Assembly (NCBI GenBank): GCA_046290465.1
Contig: JBKAGP010000001.1
Span: forward strand, 1,952,001 to 2,016,000
Direction: 5' to 3'
Length of the DNA stretch: 64,000 nt
Origin: Planctomycetota bacterium
GTDB lineage: Bacteria > Planctomycetota > UBA1135 > UBA2386
This document shows, piece by piece, positions 49,101-58,701 of this stretch. The notes under the pieces are model-generated. The model was not told the origin of the DNA. It saw only the letters and a program-made list of their open reading frames with translations, and ran no database searches. Both the position numbers and the translations under genes were made by a program. Position 1 is the first letter of the stretch, and every line of letters begins with the position of its first letter.

Positions 49101-49630
49101 TTGCGGAACAGCGCCGACGGCGTCGTGCCGTCGGCCGTCTTGAAGCGGAACGTGCGCGGCAGCGCCAGCGCCTTGCCGCCGACGTCCCGCAGCACCGTGC
49201 CGTTGTTGCGGTTGCCCCCCACCAGCTGCACCTCGTAGGTGCGGCCCGGGCGGAAGCCGCCGTTGGTGTAGAGGTTGTTGGTCGGCAGCACCGGCACGAA
49301 GCGCAGACGACGGCCCGCTTCCGTGTCACCCGGACTGGTGCCCAGCTCGAAGCGACCGGCGACCGGTTCGGCGACCGGCTGCCCGATCTGGTCGAAGACC
49401 TGGAACGTGAAGGTCGACAGGTTGACCGAGTCGAGGTTCACGCGGTTGCTGAAGTCGATCCGGATCGGGTCGTTCAGGAACAGTTGGCCGTTGTCACTCG
49501 GCTCGGTGCTGAGGACGACGAAGTCGCCTCCGGTCTTGACGCCCCCGGTCGAGCCACCGCCGCCGCCACAGGAGGCGAGAGCAGCCAGAACGGCCAGGGA
49601 GAACAGTCGGGTGGTGGACACTCGAGTCAT
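46181..49630 (-). CDS. Large glycine-rich Ig-like-domain lipoprotein, class A (long) paralog
   Basis: Lipobox LASC-GGGGG; two Ig-like modules; GVFNFRSVNIP..VQG; several poly-Gly tracts; SKWIDTG. Confidence 0.8.
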   Translation of the reverse strand: MTRVSTTRLFSLAVLAALASCGGGGGSTGGVKTGGDFVVLSTEPSDNGQLFLNDPIRIDFSNRVNLDSVNLSTFTFQVFDQIGQPVAEPVAGRFELGTSPGDTEAGRRLRFVPVLPTNNLYTNGGFRPGRTYEVQLVGGNRNNGTVLRDVGGKALALPRTFRFKTADGTTPSALFRNTAPGGPRRTAFEVTPTPDTTGVVLNKLGAAPVELRLRFDQPLNPSSTNVPTAIQTDPLTRNSNSRGRVFLEYDDPEFGDNVWIPADVELETNASDGATLVMRPLGVLPNNATIRVVVERTLEDISGESNVANVAYERIFATFKTRRAYEQQFDGLVDDFLATSNVDMTAAFSEPVGEVGPGFLKAGFDFEGNVTGAEFEPTAPMTVLNTDFTLVQPKNGSPFNVSGGVFNFRSVNIPAGRTVQGQGTNPMVWLVSETFEVSGTLSVRGGDGQRVNTSGNANVAKSGGAGVCGGGDGGAGSPSATERDLAGETGNGPLQAAGQGGRGGALSCTAGCGRGAGGGGGSLATQGDPGFKQQIQPAGTVPIGTGNPAPVNPFPVFQQQTGVGGQGCEGDTGRPTRSLEGAVPGPTVFVDARNDNNFWGVGVRYDTNLRITGELSVPIGGGGGGGGGDLSYNSDCGVTDPNFENDSSGGGGGGGGGVLIVKALEEIIINEGGRITADGGSGGGGEPSSSSTRGGGGGGGAGGMVILMSAKGIVINASSGNGLNYSYEDNDYDFAISADGGVCVTGAQPPVVTGKYPASGTAITYNPDIAINSWVETYDDAPLGGFGGMGIVQLMVPPGDNSVDNTNTVLDDNIRVFTGGIEALGQSKIDLLRWQGFPNSFGIGVDDQGQPVNPLNEDEGEIRPAPVLLPSPFANTSRLRSKWIDTGATARRALIADDNLPRGIVEQAGAQAGPKYEWLGVEDNASSVSLGYAKFEVVQGQARVVNPEVVAPVGILNRNANSTYLGRPAYRVTLASAAMGQTDDRYVQYEAQLLASSNEVLGSYRILAHTQNELVLSPESGALEVAATQVRVIAKFFSIVTNGSEGLGPTYAGSASNRVPVSNIRFGFAFHQNPADPSAQRLPAQEGTFLYDLTDPAVQEQVRQLGASFVQWDLTFDTAFRAVAADSPPGLNPETPRPELHFLRLPFRF

Positions 49631-49949
49631 GGCGCTATTGCGAGCTGGACCGACCCATGTCGGTCCTGCCGTGAAATCTAGGGCGGGAGAGGGTTTCCAA
49701 GGGCGAAGCCAACCCGAGTCTACCCCACGCAAAGCACATACGGCGCACGGACGTCCGGCCGGAGAGCCGCTCGTTGCGTTGCATCGTTGCCATGGGGAGG
49801 TGCTCGCGTCGCAGCGCGAGAGCGCGACGCAAAAGGGGACTCGGGGGGAGAAGGCTCGGCCCTCGGGGAGGGGCCATCAGGGGAATGGGAAGGTCAGGAG
49901 TTGCGGCCGATCGCGCGCTGGGGAGAACGCGCGACCGGGGTCGCGCCCC

Positions 49950-52900
49950 CTACTGCTGCTGCCAGCGGTAGGAGAGCGCGAAGGTCTCGATCGTCGGCGA
50001 GACCGGCGGGTTGGCTTCGGCGTTGTTGGCCGCGATGAAGCGCCAGTTGACGAAGCGGATGTCGCGCGGGTTGAACGTCTCGTTCGGGCCCGCGAAGTCC
50101 AGCGTGTAGGCCGGATCCATCAGCGTGTTCGGGTCCTCGACGTAGGTCGTGACCGTGCGGTTGTAGAGGTAGGTCCACCAGTTCCGCGCCTGGGACGAAC
50201 CCGGGATCGGACGGTTGTCCCACTTGCGCATGTGTGCGTCGCCGGCCTTGAACGGGTCGAGCGGGAAGTTGTCGTTGGTCGGCCGCAGCTGGGCGCGGTC
50301 GTTCGCCGAGAACTCGTTGTTGGTGAACAGCGACGACGAGTTGGCGATCCAGGCGTTGTAGTAGAACGGGATCGTGTCGACGGCGCTGGCGCCGCGGAAC
50401 TGCGGCACGATCGACGTGCCCGACGGCAGCAGCGACAGCGGCGGGTCGAACTCGTAGGCGAACGACGGCAGCACGCCCTGCGGCGCGGCCGGCTGGCCGT
50501 TGACCAGGTAGAACGGACCGAGGCGCGGGTCCTCGAAACCTTCCGGCACCCGGTGCGGGTTGTAGAGGTCGATGAAGCCGTTGGTGATGACGGTCTGGCG
50601 CTTCGCGCAGTCCATCATGATCCAGTAGAACGTGTTGTCGCCACCACCGGCCGGCGTCACGCCGCCGGTCGGGGTGAAGCCACCCGAGGCGGTGTTCCAC
50701 TGGCTGTCGCCGGGGCCGCGGCAGATCGGCGGCGAACCGTTCGGCAGCGCGGCGCGGCCGGCGCTGACGACGCGGAAGTTCGGCTTCGGGTCGGACTGGA
50801 CCGTCACCGCGGTCTGCCAACCGTTGGTGCCGAGCGCGATGTAGCCACCACCCGCCGGGAGCTCCGACGAGTCGCAGTAGGTCCAGAAGTCGGCCAGCAG
50901 CGGCAGCGCGATGTTGCCCATCAGGCCGCCGGTGTAGTCGTCGACGTTGGCCGGCGTCGCCAGCGAGTGGCTGCGGGCGTCGTTCCAGTAGCTGTTGACG
51001 AAGCGCACGGCGCCGGGGGCACCGTCGTCGTCGATCCAGCGGCTGCCCTGACCCATGCTGAACGGCGACAGGATGTAGGGCGCGTAGTCGGCGCCGTTGA
51101 TGTCCGAGCCGTCGTTCGGCGAGTCGGCCGAACGGCCGCCCTGCTCGATGACCGTCTCGTCGCGGTAGACGAAGTAGGGCTCCTGGAAGGTCGGCAGCGG
51201 CAGGAAGCGGTTGACCTGGTTGACCTCGAGCACGACCTGCGACGGATCGATCACCATGTTGGTGTCGACGTAGGCCGCGTTGCGGGGCGCCTGGCTCTCG
51301 ATCGTGTTGCCGTTGCCGCTCGGGACGCCGTTCCAGGCGAAGTTGCGCTCGAACGACGTGCGCAGACCCGACTGGGTGAACGACGGCAGCGAGCTGAAGT
51401 CCCCGACACACGGGATCGGGCGGTACTCCGAGTGGCCGAGCCACATCGACACGCGGTCGAACTCGTCGAACGTCAGGTTGGTGCCCGTGTAGGGCGCCCA
51501 GTACATCTGCTCGATGTCGAGGTTGAAGTCGAACGGGTCGGTGCGCGACAGGCTCAGGTCGATCTCGCGCCAGACGGTCTGCAGGCGGCAGCCGTACGGG
51601 TTCAGCGGGTTCTGGATGCCGGCAGGCACCAGGTTGTTCGCCGAGTTCGAGCCGACCTGCGTCTCGTTGGTGAAGAACTGCGGGCACCAGCCGAGCGGGT
51701 TCTGCGGCGCCGGCGTGGCCGGCTGCTGCTGGATCGGCGACTGGTTGAGGTTGTCGGCGACCACGCGCACGCGGGTCGTCGGGCGCGCCTGCAGCTTGTT
51801 GTCGAGGTAGAGGAACGCGCCGAACATGTCCTCGAGCGGGTAGGCCTTGGCGATCTGCGCCTGGCCTTCCCCCTGCACCTCTTCGGGCAGGAAGTAGCTC
51901 GGCCGGGCGTCCTCGTCGCGCGACGCGAAGCGGCGCACGATGTTGATCGACAGGTTGTCGGCGAACACCGGCTCGGCGCCGTTCATGCGGGTGTCGACCG
52001 TGAACGGGATCACCACGCTGTTGCTGCGATCGGCGGTCGTGCCCTGCAGGTCGAGCGGGTTGCCCGCCAGGTCCTTGATGCCACCGTCGTCCGAGTCGGA
52101 GATCAGGTGCAGGAAGTAGCGGTAGTCGGCGCCCGACGGCGGGTTCCGCATCGTGTCGTCGAGGTAGAAGCCGGTCGACGGCTGCAGGCGCAGCGACGTC
52201 TGCGAACCGTCCTCGTCGAACACGCGCGACGTGATCAGGTAGGGCGTGCGGTACTTCGCCAGGTCGAACGTGGCCGGGTTCATGCCCGTGCCGGTGACGC
52301 CGCCGTTGTTCCACGGCCGGCTGGCGATGAACTCCTCGATGCTGTCCTCGGTCGAGAGGTCGCGCATCGCGAAGAAGAACGTGTCGGCCCACTTGACCGT
52401 CTCGAGGTCGATCGGCTTCGTGAAGCGCACGACCGCGCCGGCGAACGGCGACACGAACTCGTTCTGCTGCGGGCGGTAGCCGTTCAGCTCGAGCGGCGCC
52501 GGCGTGAACTGCAGGAAGTTGCGCGGATCGTCGCGGCCCTCGGCGGCGCCGGCGGTGAACTCGGCGACGACGACCGAACGCGGCGCGTTGAGCACCAGCC
52601 ACGGCTCCCGTTCGGAGAGCGACGACGGGTAGCCCGGCAGGTTGCGCGGGTCGATGGTCTCGAGGTTCTCGATGCGCCGGATGCGCACGCGCACGTGCTG
52701 CACGGCCGGGTTGTCGCGGTCGTCCTCCGGGTCGACGACGACCTCGGCGCTGCCGAACGGCACGCCCGACGAGTCGTTGACGAAGCGGATCACGTCGCCG
52801 CGGTCGATCTCGTGGCTGAGGCCGTTCTTGTAGACCGTGACCTCCTGCGTGAACTGGTTGATGCTCTCGACGCGCTCGAGATACATCGGGATCTCACCGA

Positions 52901-53894
52901 TGACGCGCAGCGGCAGCGGATCGCGCACGAAGCCCCGCGCGATGTCGGCCGAGTCGTCGTTCTGGTTGCCCGAACGGAAGTCGCGCACGATCGAGTTGCG
53001 CTGGCTGTTGTTCAGGCCGGACAGGCCGCCGCTGGTCTGCAGGCGCAGGCCCGGAATCGCCAGCGGGCCCTCGAGGGCCAGCGCGACGCGGATGTTGGCG
53101 CCGAACTGGTCCGGCGAGGCCGGCAGGCCGGCCGCGTTGTTGGCGGTCTGGTACTGCAGGCCCTCGGTGCCAAGCAGCACCGGGTCGAGCACCAGCTGCG
53201 ACTCACCCACCACGATTCGGACCGGCATCGGCACGAAGCCGTTCGGCTGCGTCGGGTCGTCGACGATGCGCAGCAGCTGCACCGCCTCGGTGTTGCGCAG
53301 TTCGTTGACCTGGCCGTTGGCGTCGCGGCCGACGAAGAAGCTGTCGTCGATGCCGAGCTTGGCCGAGAAGCGCAGGCGGATGCCGGCGTTGCGCGGCACG
53401 ACCGAGAACGGCACGCCGTTGCTCTGCTGGCCGAACAGCATCGGCGAGACCGTGCGCAGCTGGTCGTCGAGCGCCTCGAAGGCGGTCGCGAACTCGGTGC
53501 CGGTCACGTCGCGCGGGATGAACAGTCGCGCCTGCAGCGTGTCCGGGTCGGTGCCGATGAAGTCGTAGGTGATCTCGCTGTCGGACAGGTTCGAGTTGGT
53601 CCCGCGCTGATCCTGGATGTTGCCGCCGATGACCACGTCCTTGCGATACAGCGTGATCGTCGAACCCTGCGGCGTGATCTGCAGGCCGTAGACGTCGACC
53701 AGGCGGCCGTATTCGACTGCGACCAGTTCGGGCTGCACGGTCGCGCCGGGGGTCGTGTTGGCGACACCGCCGCCGCCACTGCCGCTACATCCGCCGAGGG
53801 AGAGCGCGCCGAGCGCGAACGCGCCGGCCAGCAGGAGCTGGGAGCCGAGGGAGCGACCGGGGGCGCCGGTCGGCGTGCAATTGTCTGCCATCAT
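49950..53894 (-). CDS. Very large Ig-like-domain lipoprotein, class B paralog 2
   Basis: Lipobox LGGC-SGSGGG; collinear motifs with 42057..46007; start uncertain (53891/53894/53924). Confidence 0.8.
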   Translation of the reverse strand: MMADNCTPTGAPGRSLGSQLLLAGAFALGALSLGGCSGSGGGGVANTTPGATVQPELVAVEYGRLVDVYGLQITPQGSTITLYRKDVVIGGNIQDQRGTNSNLSDSEITYDFIGTDPDTLQARLFIPRDVTGTEFATAFEALDDQLRTVSPMLFGQQSNGVPFSVVPRNAGIRLRFSAKLGIDDSFFVGRDANGQVNELRNTEAVQLLRIVDDPTQPNGFVPMPVRIVVGESQLVLDPVLLGTEGLQYQTANNAAGLPASPDQFGANIRVALALEGPLAIPGLRLQTSGGLSGLNNSQRNSIVRDFRSGNQNDDSADIARGFVRDPLPLRVIGEIPMYLERVESINQFTQEVTVYKNGLSHEIDRGDVIRFVNDSSGVPFGSAEVVVDPEDDRDNPAVQHVRVRIRRIENLETIDPRNLPGYPSSLSEREPWLVLNAPRSVVVAEFTAGAAEGRDDPRNFLQFTPAPLELNGYRPQQNEFVSPFAGAVVRFTKPIDLETVKWADTFFFAMRDLSTEDSIEEFIASRPWNNGGVTGTGMNPATFDLAKYRTPYLITSRVFDEDGSQTSLRLQPSTGFYLDDTMRNPPSGADYRYFLHLISDSDDGGIKDLAGNPLDLQGTTADRSNSVVIPFTVDTRMNGAEPVFADNLSINIVRRFASRDEDARPSYFLPEEVQGEGQAQIAKAYPLEDMFGAFLYLDNKLQARPTTRVRVVADNLNQSPIQQQPATPAPQNPLGWCPQFFTNETQVGSNSANNLVPAGIQNPLNPYGCRLQTVWREIDLSLSRTDPFDFNLDIEQMYWAPYTGTNLTFDEFDRVSMWLGHSEYRPIPCVGDFSSLPSFTQSGLRTSFERNFAWNGVPSGNGNTIESQAPRNAAYVDTNMVIDPSQVVLEVNQVNRFLPLPTFQEPYFVYRDETVIEQGGRSADSPNDGSDINGADYAPYILSPFSMGQGSRWIDDDGAPGAVRFVNSYWNDARSHSLATPANVDDYTGGLMGNIALPLLADFWTYCDSSELPAGGGYIALGTNGWQTAVTVQSDPKPNFRVVSAGRAALPNGSPPICRGPGDSQWNTASGGFTPTGGVTPAGGGDNTFYWIMMDCAKRQTVITNGFIDLYNPHRVPEGFEDPRLGPFYLVNGQPAAPQGVLPSFAYEFDPPLSLLPSGTSIVPQFRGASAVDTIPFYYNAWIANSSSLFTNNEFSANDRAQLRPTNDNFPLDPFKAGDAHMRKWDNRPIPGSSQARNWWTYLYNRTVTTYVEDPNTLMDPAYTLDFAGPNETFNPRDIRFVNWRFIAANNAEANPPVSPTIETFALSYRWQQQ

Positions 53895-54264
53895 GGGAAG
53901 CAAAGATGGGGAATGAGGCGACATGGAATGGGGTTGGCCCACCGCTGGATCCGTGCGGCGGCCGTTGCTGGACGAGTCTCGTGCGGGCCCGTGCACGCGC
54001 CACGCTAAGTGACGCAGAGAGGGACCCTAAAGATGCTACATCGGGCGTCGCGGGGTGCCGGGGTAAGCTCCGCGCGCCGCCGATGTCTCGGGAGGGGCAC
54101 AACAAACATCATGCCGTCACCGGCGCCGGCTGCAAGCATCCCCAACCATCGCATTTTCAGGACCTTGCATGATCACCCCCCGACCGGGTGGCGGCCCCGG
54201 GCGAGCGCCCGGACGCACCTTCGGGTGCGATTCCGCTCGGCGGATTGCGCAACGGCCGCTGCGG

Positions 54265-55614
54265 TCAACCGTTCGGGAACGCGAAGCCGGCCGCCAGCGC
54301 CTGGTCCTCGGTCTCGAAGTAGACCCGATCGCCGGCCTCGATCGCGGCGACCGCGGCGTCGCCGTGCGGGTGCAGCGCGCGGCTCGACAGCGCGCCGACG
54401 AAGCGGGCCTCGACCTCGCGTTCGCAGTAGGCGCACGCGAGCACTACCGGCGAGGTGTCGGGGCGCACCCGGAAGTCGCGCTCGAGGTAGCGCACGCCCT
54501 CGTTGTTGGTGATGCAGCGCTCGTTGCGGCAGCGCGGGCCGACGCCGCCGGCGCCGGTGTCGCCGGGCGCGACCGACAGCATCTCCGGCGGCGCGGCGCG
54601 CAGCTGGATCTTGCCGAGCTGGTAGGCCATCAGCGCCATCCGCATCGGCACGCCGAGCTCCGCCTGGCGGAAGTAGACCGAGCGCGGGTCGTCGTCGAGT
54701 TCGTAGCTGATCTCGTCGACCCGCGGCAGCGGGTGCATGACGCGCGCGTCCTTGGTGGCGGCGGCGCCCATCGTCGAGCGCGTCAGCCGCGGGTAGTCCT
54801 TGGTGTCCTCGCCGTCGTGCCGCTCGCGCTGCGCGCGGGTCATGTAGATCGCGTCGATGCGCGACACCTCGACGTTGCCGAGGTTGGTGAACAGCGCCAG
54901 CTGGTGCGGCTTGCTCGCGGTCAGGTAGGCCGCGGCGTTGCTGCTGCCGGCGAGGCCGGGCAGGTCGCCGACCGACGCGGTCGCGGCCTGCACCCCGTAG
55001 TCACGACGCAGCCGCTGCAGCACGTAGTCCGGCAGTTCGAAGCCCGGGTAGGGCATCGTCACGATGTTGGCGCCGAACCGCGCCAGCGCGTAGCAGAACG
55101 AGTGGATCGTGCGCGAGTAGCGCAGGTCGCCGCAGAGCACCACCTCGAGGCCCTCGAGGCGGCCCTTCTCCTTCCACAGCGTGTAGAGGTCGCAGAGGGT
55201 CTGCGTCGGGTGCTCGTGCGCGCCGTCGCCGCCGTTGACGACCGGCACGGTGGCGTAGCGTGCGGCGACCCGGGCGGCGCCGTCCTCGGGGTGGCGCACG
55301 ACCAGGATGTCGGCGTAGCTGCCGCCGACGACCCGCACGGTGTCGGCGAGCGACTCGCCCTTGGCACGGCTGGTGCTCTCGCCGTCGGCCGCGGTGATCA
55401 CGCCGCCGCCGAGTCGCAGCATCGCCGACTCGAAGCTCAGGCGCGTGCGCGTCGACGGCTCGAAGAACAGCGTCGCCATGATCGCGCCGCGACACAGGTC
55501 CGACCAGGCGTGCAGGTTGGCCCGGAATTCGTCGGCGTGGTGGAAGAGTTCGAGGATCTCGGCGGTGCTCAGGTCCTCGATGGAAACCAGGTCACGCTTG
55601 ACGTGTTCGGCCAT
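54265..55614 (-). CDS. pyrB: Aspartate carbamoyltransferase catalytic chain fused to a PyrI-like Zn domain
   Basis: FFEPSTRTR, KGESL.DT, HPTQ, GDLRYSRT and HPLPR, followed by CRNERC...CAYCE. The start may be 55629. Confidence 0.92.
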   Translation of the reverse strand: MAEHVKRDLVSIEDLSTAEILELFHHADEFRANLHAWSDLCRGAIMATLFFEPSTRTRLSFESAMLRLGGGVITAADGESTSRAKGESLADTVRVVGGSYADILVVRHPEDGAARVAARYATVPVVNGGDGAHEHPTQTLCDLYTLWKEKGRLEGLEVVLCGDLRYSRTIHSFCYALARFGANIVTMPYPGFELPDYVLQRLRRDYGVQAATASVGDLPGLAGSSNAAAYLTASKPHQLALFTNLGNVEVSRIDAIYMTRAQRERHDGEDTKDYPRLTRSTMGAAATKDARVMHPLPRVDEISYELDDDPRSVYFRQAELGVPMRMALMAYQLGKIQLRAAPPEMLSVAPGDTGAGGVGPRCRNERCITNNEGVRYLERDFRVRPDTSPVVLACAYCEREVEARFVGALSSRALHPHGDAAVAAIEAGDRVYFETEDQALAAGFAFPNG

Positions 55615-55625
55615 CGACCCCGACA

Positions 55626-56660
55626 TCATGCCGGCGGAGGCGCCGCGGGTCCATCGACATCGATCGCGTTCAGCCGCCGCAGCTGCGCCTCGTCGAGCGC
55701 GCAGAAGCCCCCCACCGGCGCTGCCGCCGGCAACCCGCGCACGGCGGCGAGCAGCCGGCCGAGCTCGTCGCGCACCTGCTGCGGCGACTGCCGTTCGGCC
55801 GAGAACGACGCGTCGCAACGCAGCTCGTCGGGCCACGGCGCCGGCGCCAGATCGTCCTTGCTGCGCACCAGCAGCGCGCAGCGCGCGAACAGTTCGCGGT
55901 CGTCCGGGTGCGGACCGACGCCGCCGTCGACCACGGCGACCAGCAGCGCGCCGTTCCGCTGCGCCCGGCCCAGCTCGATCGCGGCCGCGTCGAGCGCGGT
56001 CGGTGCGGCTCCTTCGCCGGCGGTGTCGATCAGTTCGTACGGGTAGCCGGCCAGGGTCGTGGTCTCGGCGATCGGGTCGCGGGTCAGCCCCGGCGTGTCG
56101 CCGGTCAGCGCGCGCTCGCGGAACAGCAGCAGGTTGAACAGCGTCGACTTGCCGGCGTTCTGGCGGCCGACCAGCGCGACCCGCTGCGGGACCGCCAGCG
56201 CCAGCGCCAGCGCGCTGCGGGCGCGCGCGGCGTCGACCGCGGCGCGGCGAGCGGCCGGTGGCATCGCAGCGAGCGCGGCCAGCTCGGCGTCGAAGTCGTA
56301 GCCGCGCTGCTCGACGGCGAGGTCGAACTGCTGGTCCGACAGCGCCTCGCGCAGCAGCCGTTCGGCGGGGGTGGCGGCCGGCGCCACCTCGAGGTCGAAG
56401 CGCGCGGCGATCTGGTCGAGCACCGCGGGCGAACCGTGCGTGTGCAGTTCGAGCGCGCCGTCGGCGCGCGCGACGACCAGCACGTCGTCGACGTCGCGGC
56501 CGTCGATGCGCAGCGCCGCCCGCTGCGGCGGCCGTCCGGGCGAAGGCGCGCACGGGCGGCCGTCGGCGAGCTGCAGGCAGGCGAGCACGTCGGCGCGTTC
56601 GCCCGGTTCGACGCGCAGCACCGCGACGCCGGCCAGCCCGGGTGGCGTCAGCAACTTCAT
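55626..56660 (-). CDS. Short MnmE/TrmE-like GTPase
   Basis: TPPG.AGVAVLR, DDVLV and ELHTHG N-domain; GRQNAGKS, PGLTRD, DTAG and SKDD G motifs; 344 aa. Confidence 0.75.
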   Translation of the reverse strand: MKLLTPPGLAGVAVLRVEPGERADVLACLQLADGRPCAPSPGRPPQRAALRIDGRDVDDVLVVARADGALELHTHGSPAVLDQIAARFDLEVAPAATPAERLLREALSDQQFDLAVEQRGYDFDAELAALAAMPPAARRAAVDAARARSALALALAVPQRVALVGRQNAGKSTLFNLLLFRERALTGDTPGLTRDPIAETTTLAGYPYELIDTAGEGAAPTALDAAAIELGRAQRNGALLVAVVDGGVGPHPDDRELFARCALLVRSKDDLAPAPWPDELRCDASFSAERQSPQQVRDELGRLLAAVRGLPAAAPVGGFCALDEAQLRRLNAIDVDGPAAPPPA

Positions 56661-57376
56661 CGCGGCACCGCCGCCAGCGCGCGCAGGCCGTCGTGCAGCA
56701 GGTCGGGACGGTGCTCGGCCCGCATCGGCGTGCGCGCGAGCAGCCGCTGCGCGTTGCCGCCGGTCACCACCAGCGCGGCGTCGGGCGCGCCGACGCGCGC
56801 TTCTGCGACCAGCCGTTCGACCAGACCGGCCCAGCCGAGCAGCACCCCGGCATCGACGCAGCCCTGCGTGCTCGGAGCTGGGAACGCCACGGTGGCATCG
56901 AGGTCGGCGGGCGGCAACGCCGGCGCGGTCGCCCGCATGCCGGCGACGAACGCGGACAGCCCGGGCGCAATCGCGCCGCCGCGGAACGCGCCCGACGCAT
57001 CGACGACGTTGACCGTCGTCGCGGTCCCGCAGTCGACCGTGATCGCCGCGCCGAACCGCTGATGGGCAGCGAACGCGCCGAGCCACCGGTCGGCGCCGAG
57101 AGTGTCGACGGTGTCGTAGGCGAGCGACAGCGGACACGGCAGGTCCGTGCCGGCGACCTCGACCGCGATCCCGAGCCGCTGCAGCGCCGCGCGCAGCGCG
57201 GCCAGCGCAGCCGGCACGACGCTGACCGCGATGGCACGCGGACGTCGGCCCGCGACGAACGCGTCGAGCGTCGCGAAGTCGGGCGCGGGGCTCGCGGTCT
57301 GCCAGACCGCGCCGTCGTCGTCGCGGCAGCGGATCGTGCTGTTGCCGCAGTCGATCGTCAGCAGCGCGCGCGCCAC
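56657..57376 (-). CDS. coaX: Type III pantothenate kinase
   Basis: IDCGNS, LGADR, VDCGTATT, GGAIAPG and VTGG motifs. Confidence 0.92.
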   Translation of the reverse strand: MARALLTIDCGNSTIRCRDDDGAVWQTASPAPDFATLDAFVAGRRPRAIAVSVVPAALAALRAALQRLGIAVEVAGTDLPCPLSLAYDTVDTLGADRWLGAFAAHQRFGAAITVDCGTATTVNVVDASGAFRGGAIAPGLSAFVAGMRATAPALPPADLDATVAFPAPSTQGCVDAGVLLGWAGLVERLVAEARVGAPDAALVVTGGNAQRLLARTPMRAEHRPDLLHDGLRALAAVPR

Positions 57377-57390
57377 CCGATCCGCCGCGG

Positions 57391-58701
57391 CTACTTCTTG
57401 TCGGGCGCCTGGTAGACGCGCTCGACGACTTGGCCGTTCGAAAGCCACTTGGTCGAGAAGGTGCGCACGCCGCGCTGGTAGTCCTTCTTGACCATGTTGG
57501 TGGCCTGCGCCTTCGACGAGATCTTGCGGTTGTTGACCTCGAGCAGCACGTCGCCGGTCTGGATGCCGTAGGACTGCGCGAGCTTCGGCTCGACGCTGCG
57601 CACCGACACCCCGCGCAGGTTGGACGTCTTGCTGACGTAGGTGTCGACGTAGACGTTGTTGAAGAAGTCGCCCGAGTCGCGGAACCGCTTCTCGTCCTTG
57701 CGGCCGATGTGGAACTGGTTGCCGAAGCGCGTGGTCTCCTCGACCTCGCGCCACGGGTTGCTCGCCGACGCCGCACTGTCGCTGCGCGCGGTGCGCTCGC
57801 CTTCGCGTCCCTGCAGCTTGCGCAGCGCCAGCAGCACCTCCTGCGGGATGTCGGCGGTCGTCTTCAGCAGCTCCTCTTCCTTGGGCTCCTCGCCGGCCTC
57901 GCCCTCGCCCTTTGGCTGCGCGCGCACGAAGAACGCCGACTGCGCGTCGGAGGCGACCCGGACCAGCTTGATGTGGCCATAGTTGTCCCAGAGCTGCGCG
58001 GCGCGGCGCGGGTTGCCGCCGTCATCGACCCAGATCTTCTGCAGGATCTCGCGACCGGTCAGCGTCGACGTCGTCGGCATCGTGGTCGGCTGCGCGCCGC
58101 GCGGGTTGCCGCGGTTGCCGCGGTTGCCGCGGTTGCCGCGGGTGTTGCGGTTGATGCTGCCGCGCGTGGTGCGCGCCGTCGAAGGCGCTGCCGCGAGATC
58201 CCGCGGGCCGCCCGTCGGCTGCGCGCCCGACGGCGGCGTGTTCTCCTTGATCCACCACTCGGGCGGCTCGACGTTGGCCGTCGGCTTGTAGCGGATGATC
58301 ACGTGGGTGTCGCCGCCCTTGCCGCCGTCCTTGCCGTCGTAGACCAGCGAGACCAGCTCGAAGATGTCCTCGAGCGGCGTCATGTCGACCTTGGGCTTCT
58401 CCGCCTCCTGCTTGGCCGCGATCTCGGCCGCGGTCGGCTGCTTGGGCGGCAGCTTGCCGATCAGGTTGACCTGCTTGAGCTGCTCCCACCAGGCCGGCGC
58501 GTTGAAGTTGATGTCGCTGGACTGCTGGCCCGAGCCCTTGCCCTTGGCCAACAGCTCGATCGCCTTGTCGCGCCCGTCGCGGGATGCCTGCTCGCGCGTC
58601 TTGACGTCCCAGAGCGGCAGCGAGTTGTAGACCGTCCATCCCGCCCAACCGAACAGGCCGAGCGCCGTGACGTACAGAAGGAACGGAAGTGGCAGTCTCA
58701 T
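57391..58701 (-). CDS. Membrane-anchored PDZ-domain protein (GspC-like architecture)
   Basis: N-terminal TM segment; C-terminal PDZ (YGIQTGDVLLEVN); internal (RGN)4 repeat. Confidence 0.7.
   Translation of the reverse strand: MRLPLPFLLYVTALGLFGWAGWTVYNSLPLWDVKTREQASRDGRDKAIELLAKGKGSGQQSSDINFNAPAWWEQLKQVNLIGKLPPKQPTAAEIAAKQEAEKPKVDMTPLEDIFELVSLVYDGKDGGKGGDTHVIIRYKPTANVEPPEWWIKENTPPSGAQPTGGPRDLAAAPSTARTTRGSINRNTRGNRGNRGNRGNPRGAQPTTMPTTSTLTGREILQKIWVDDGGNPRRAAQLWDNYGHIKLVRVASDAQSAFFVRAQPKGEGEAGEEPKEEELLKTTADIPQEVLLALRKLQGREGERTARSDSAASASNPWREVEETTRFGNQFHIGRKDEKRFRDSGDFFNNVYVDTYVSKTSNLRGVSVRSVEPKLAQSYGIQTGDVLLEVNNRKISSKAQATNMVKKDYQRGVRTFSTKWLSNGQVVERVYQAPDKK

Noticed and set aside
58105..58140. 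9-bp repeat encoding (RGN)4
   Set aside because: It is an in-frame low-complexity linker with no sign of phase variation.
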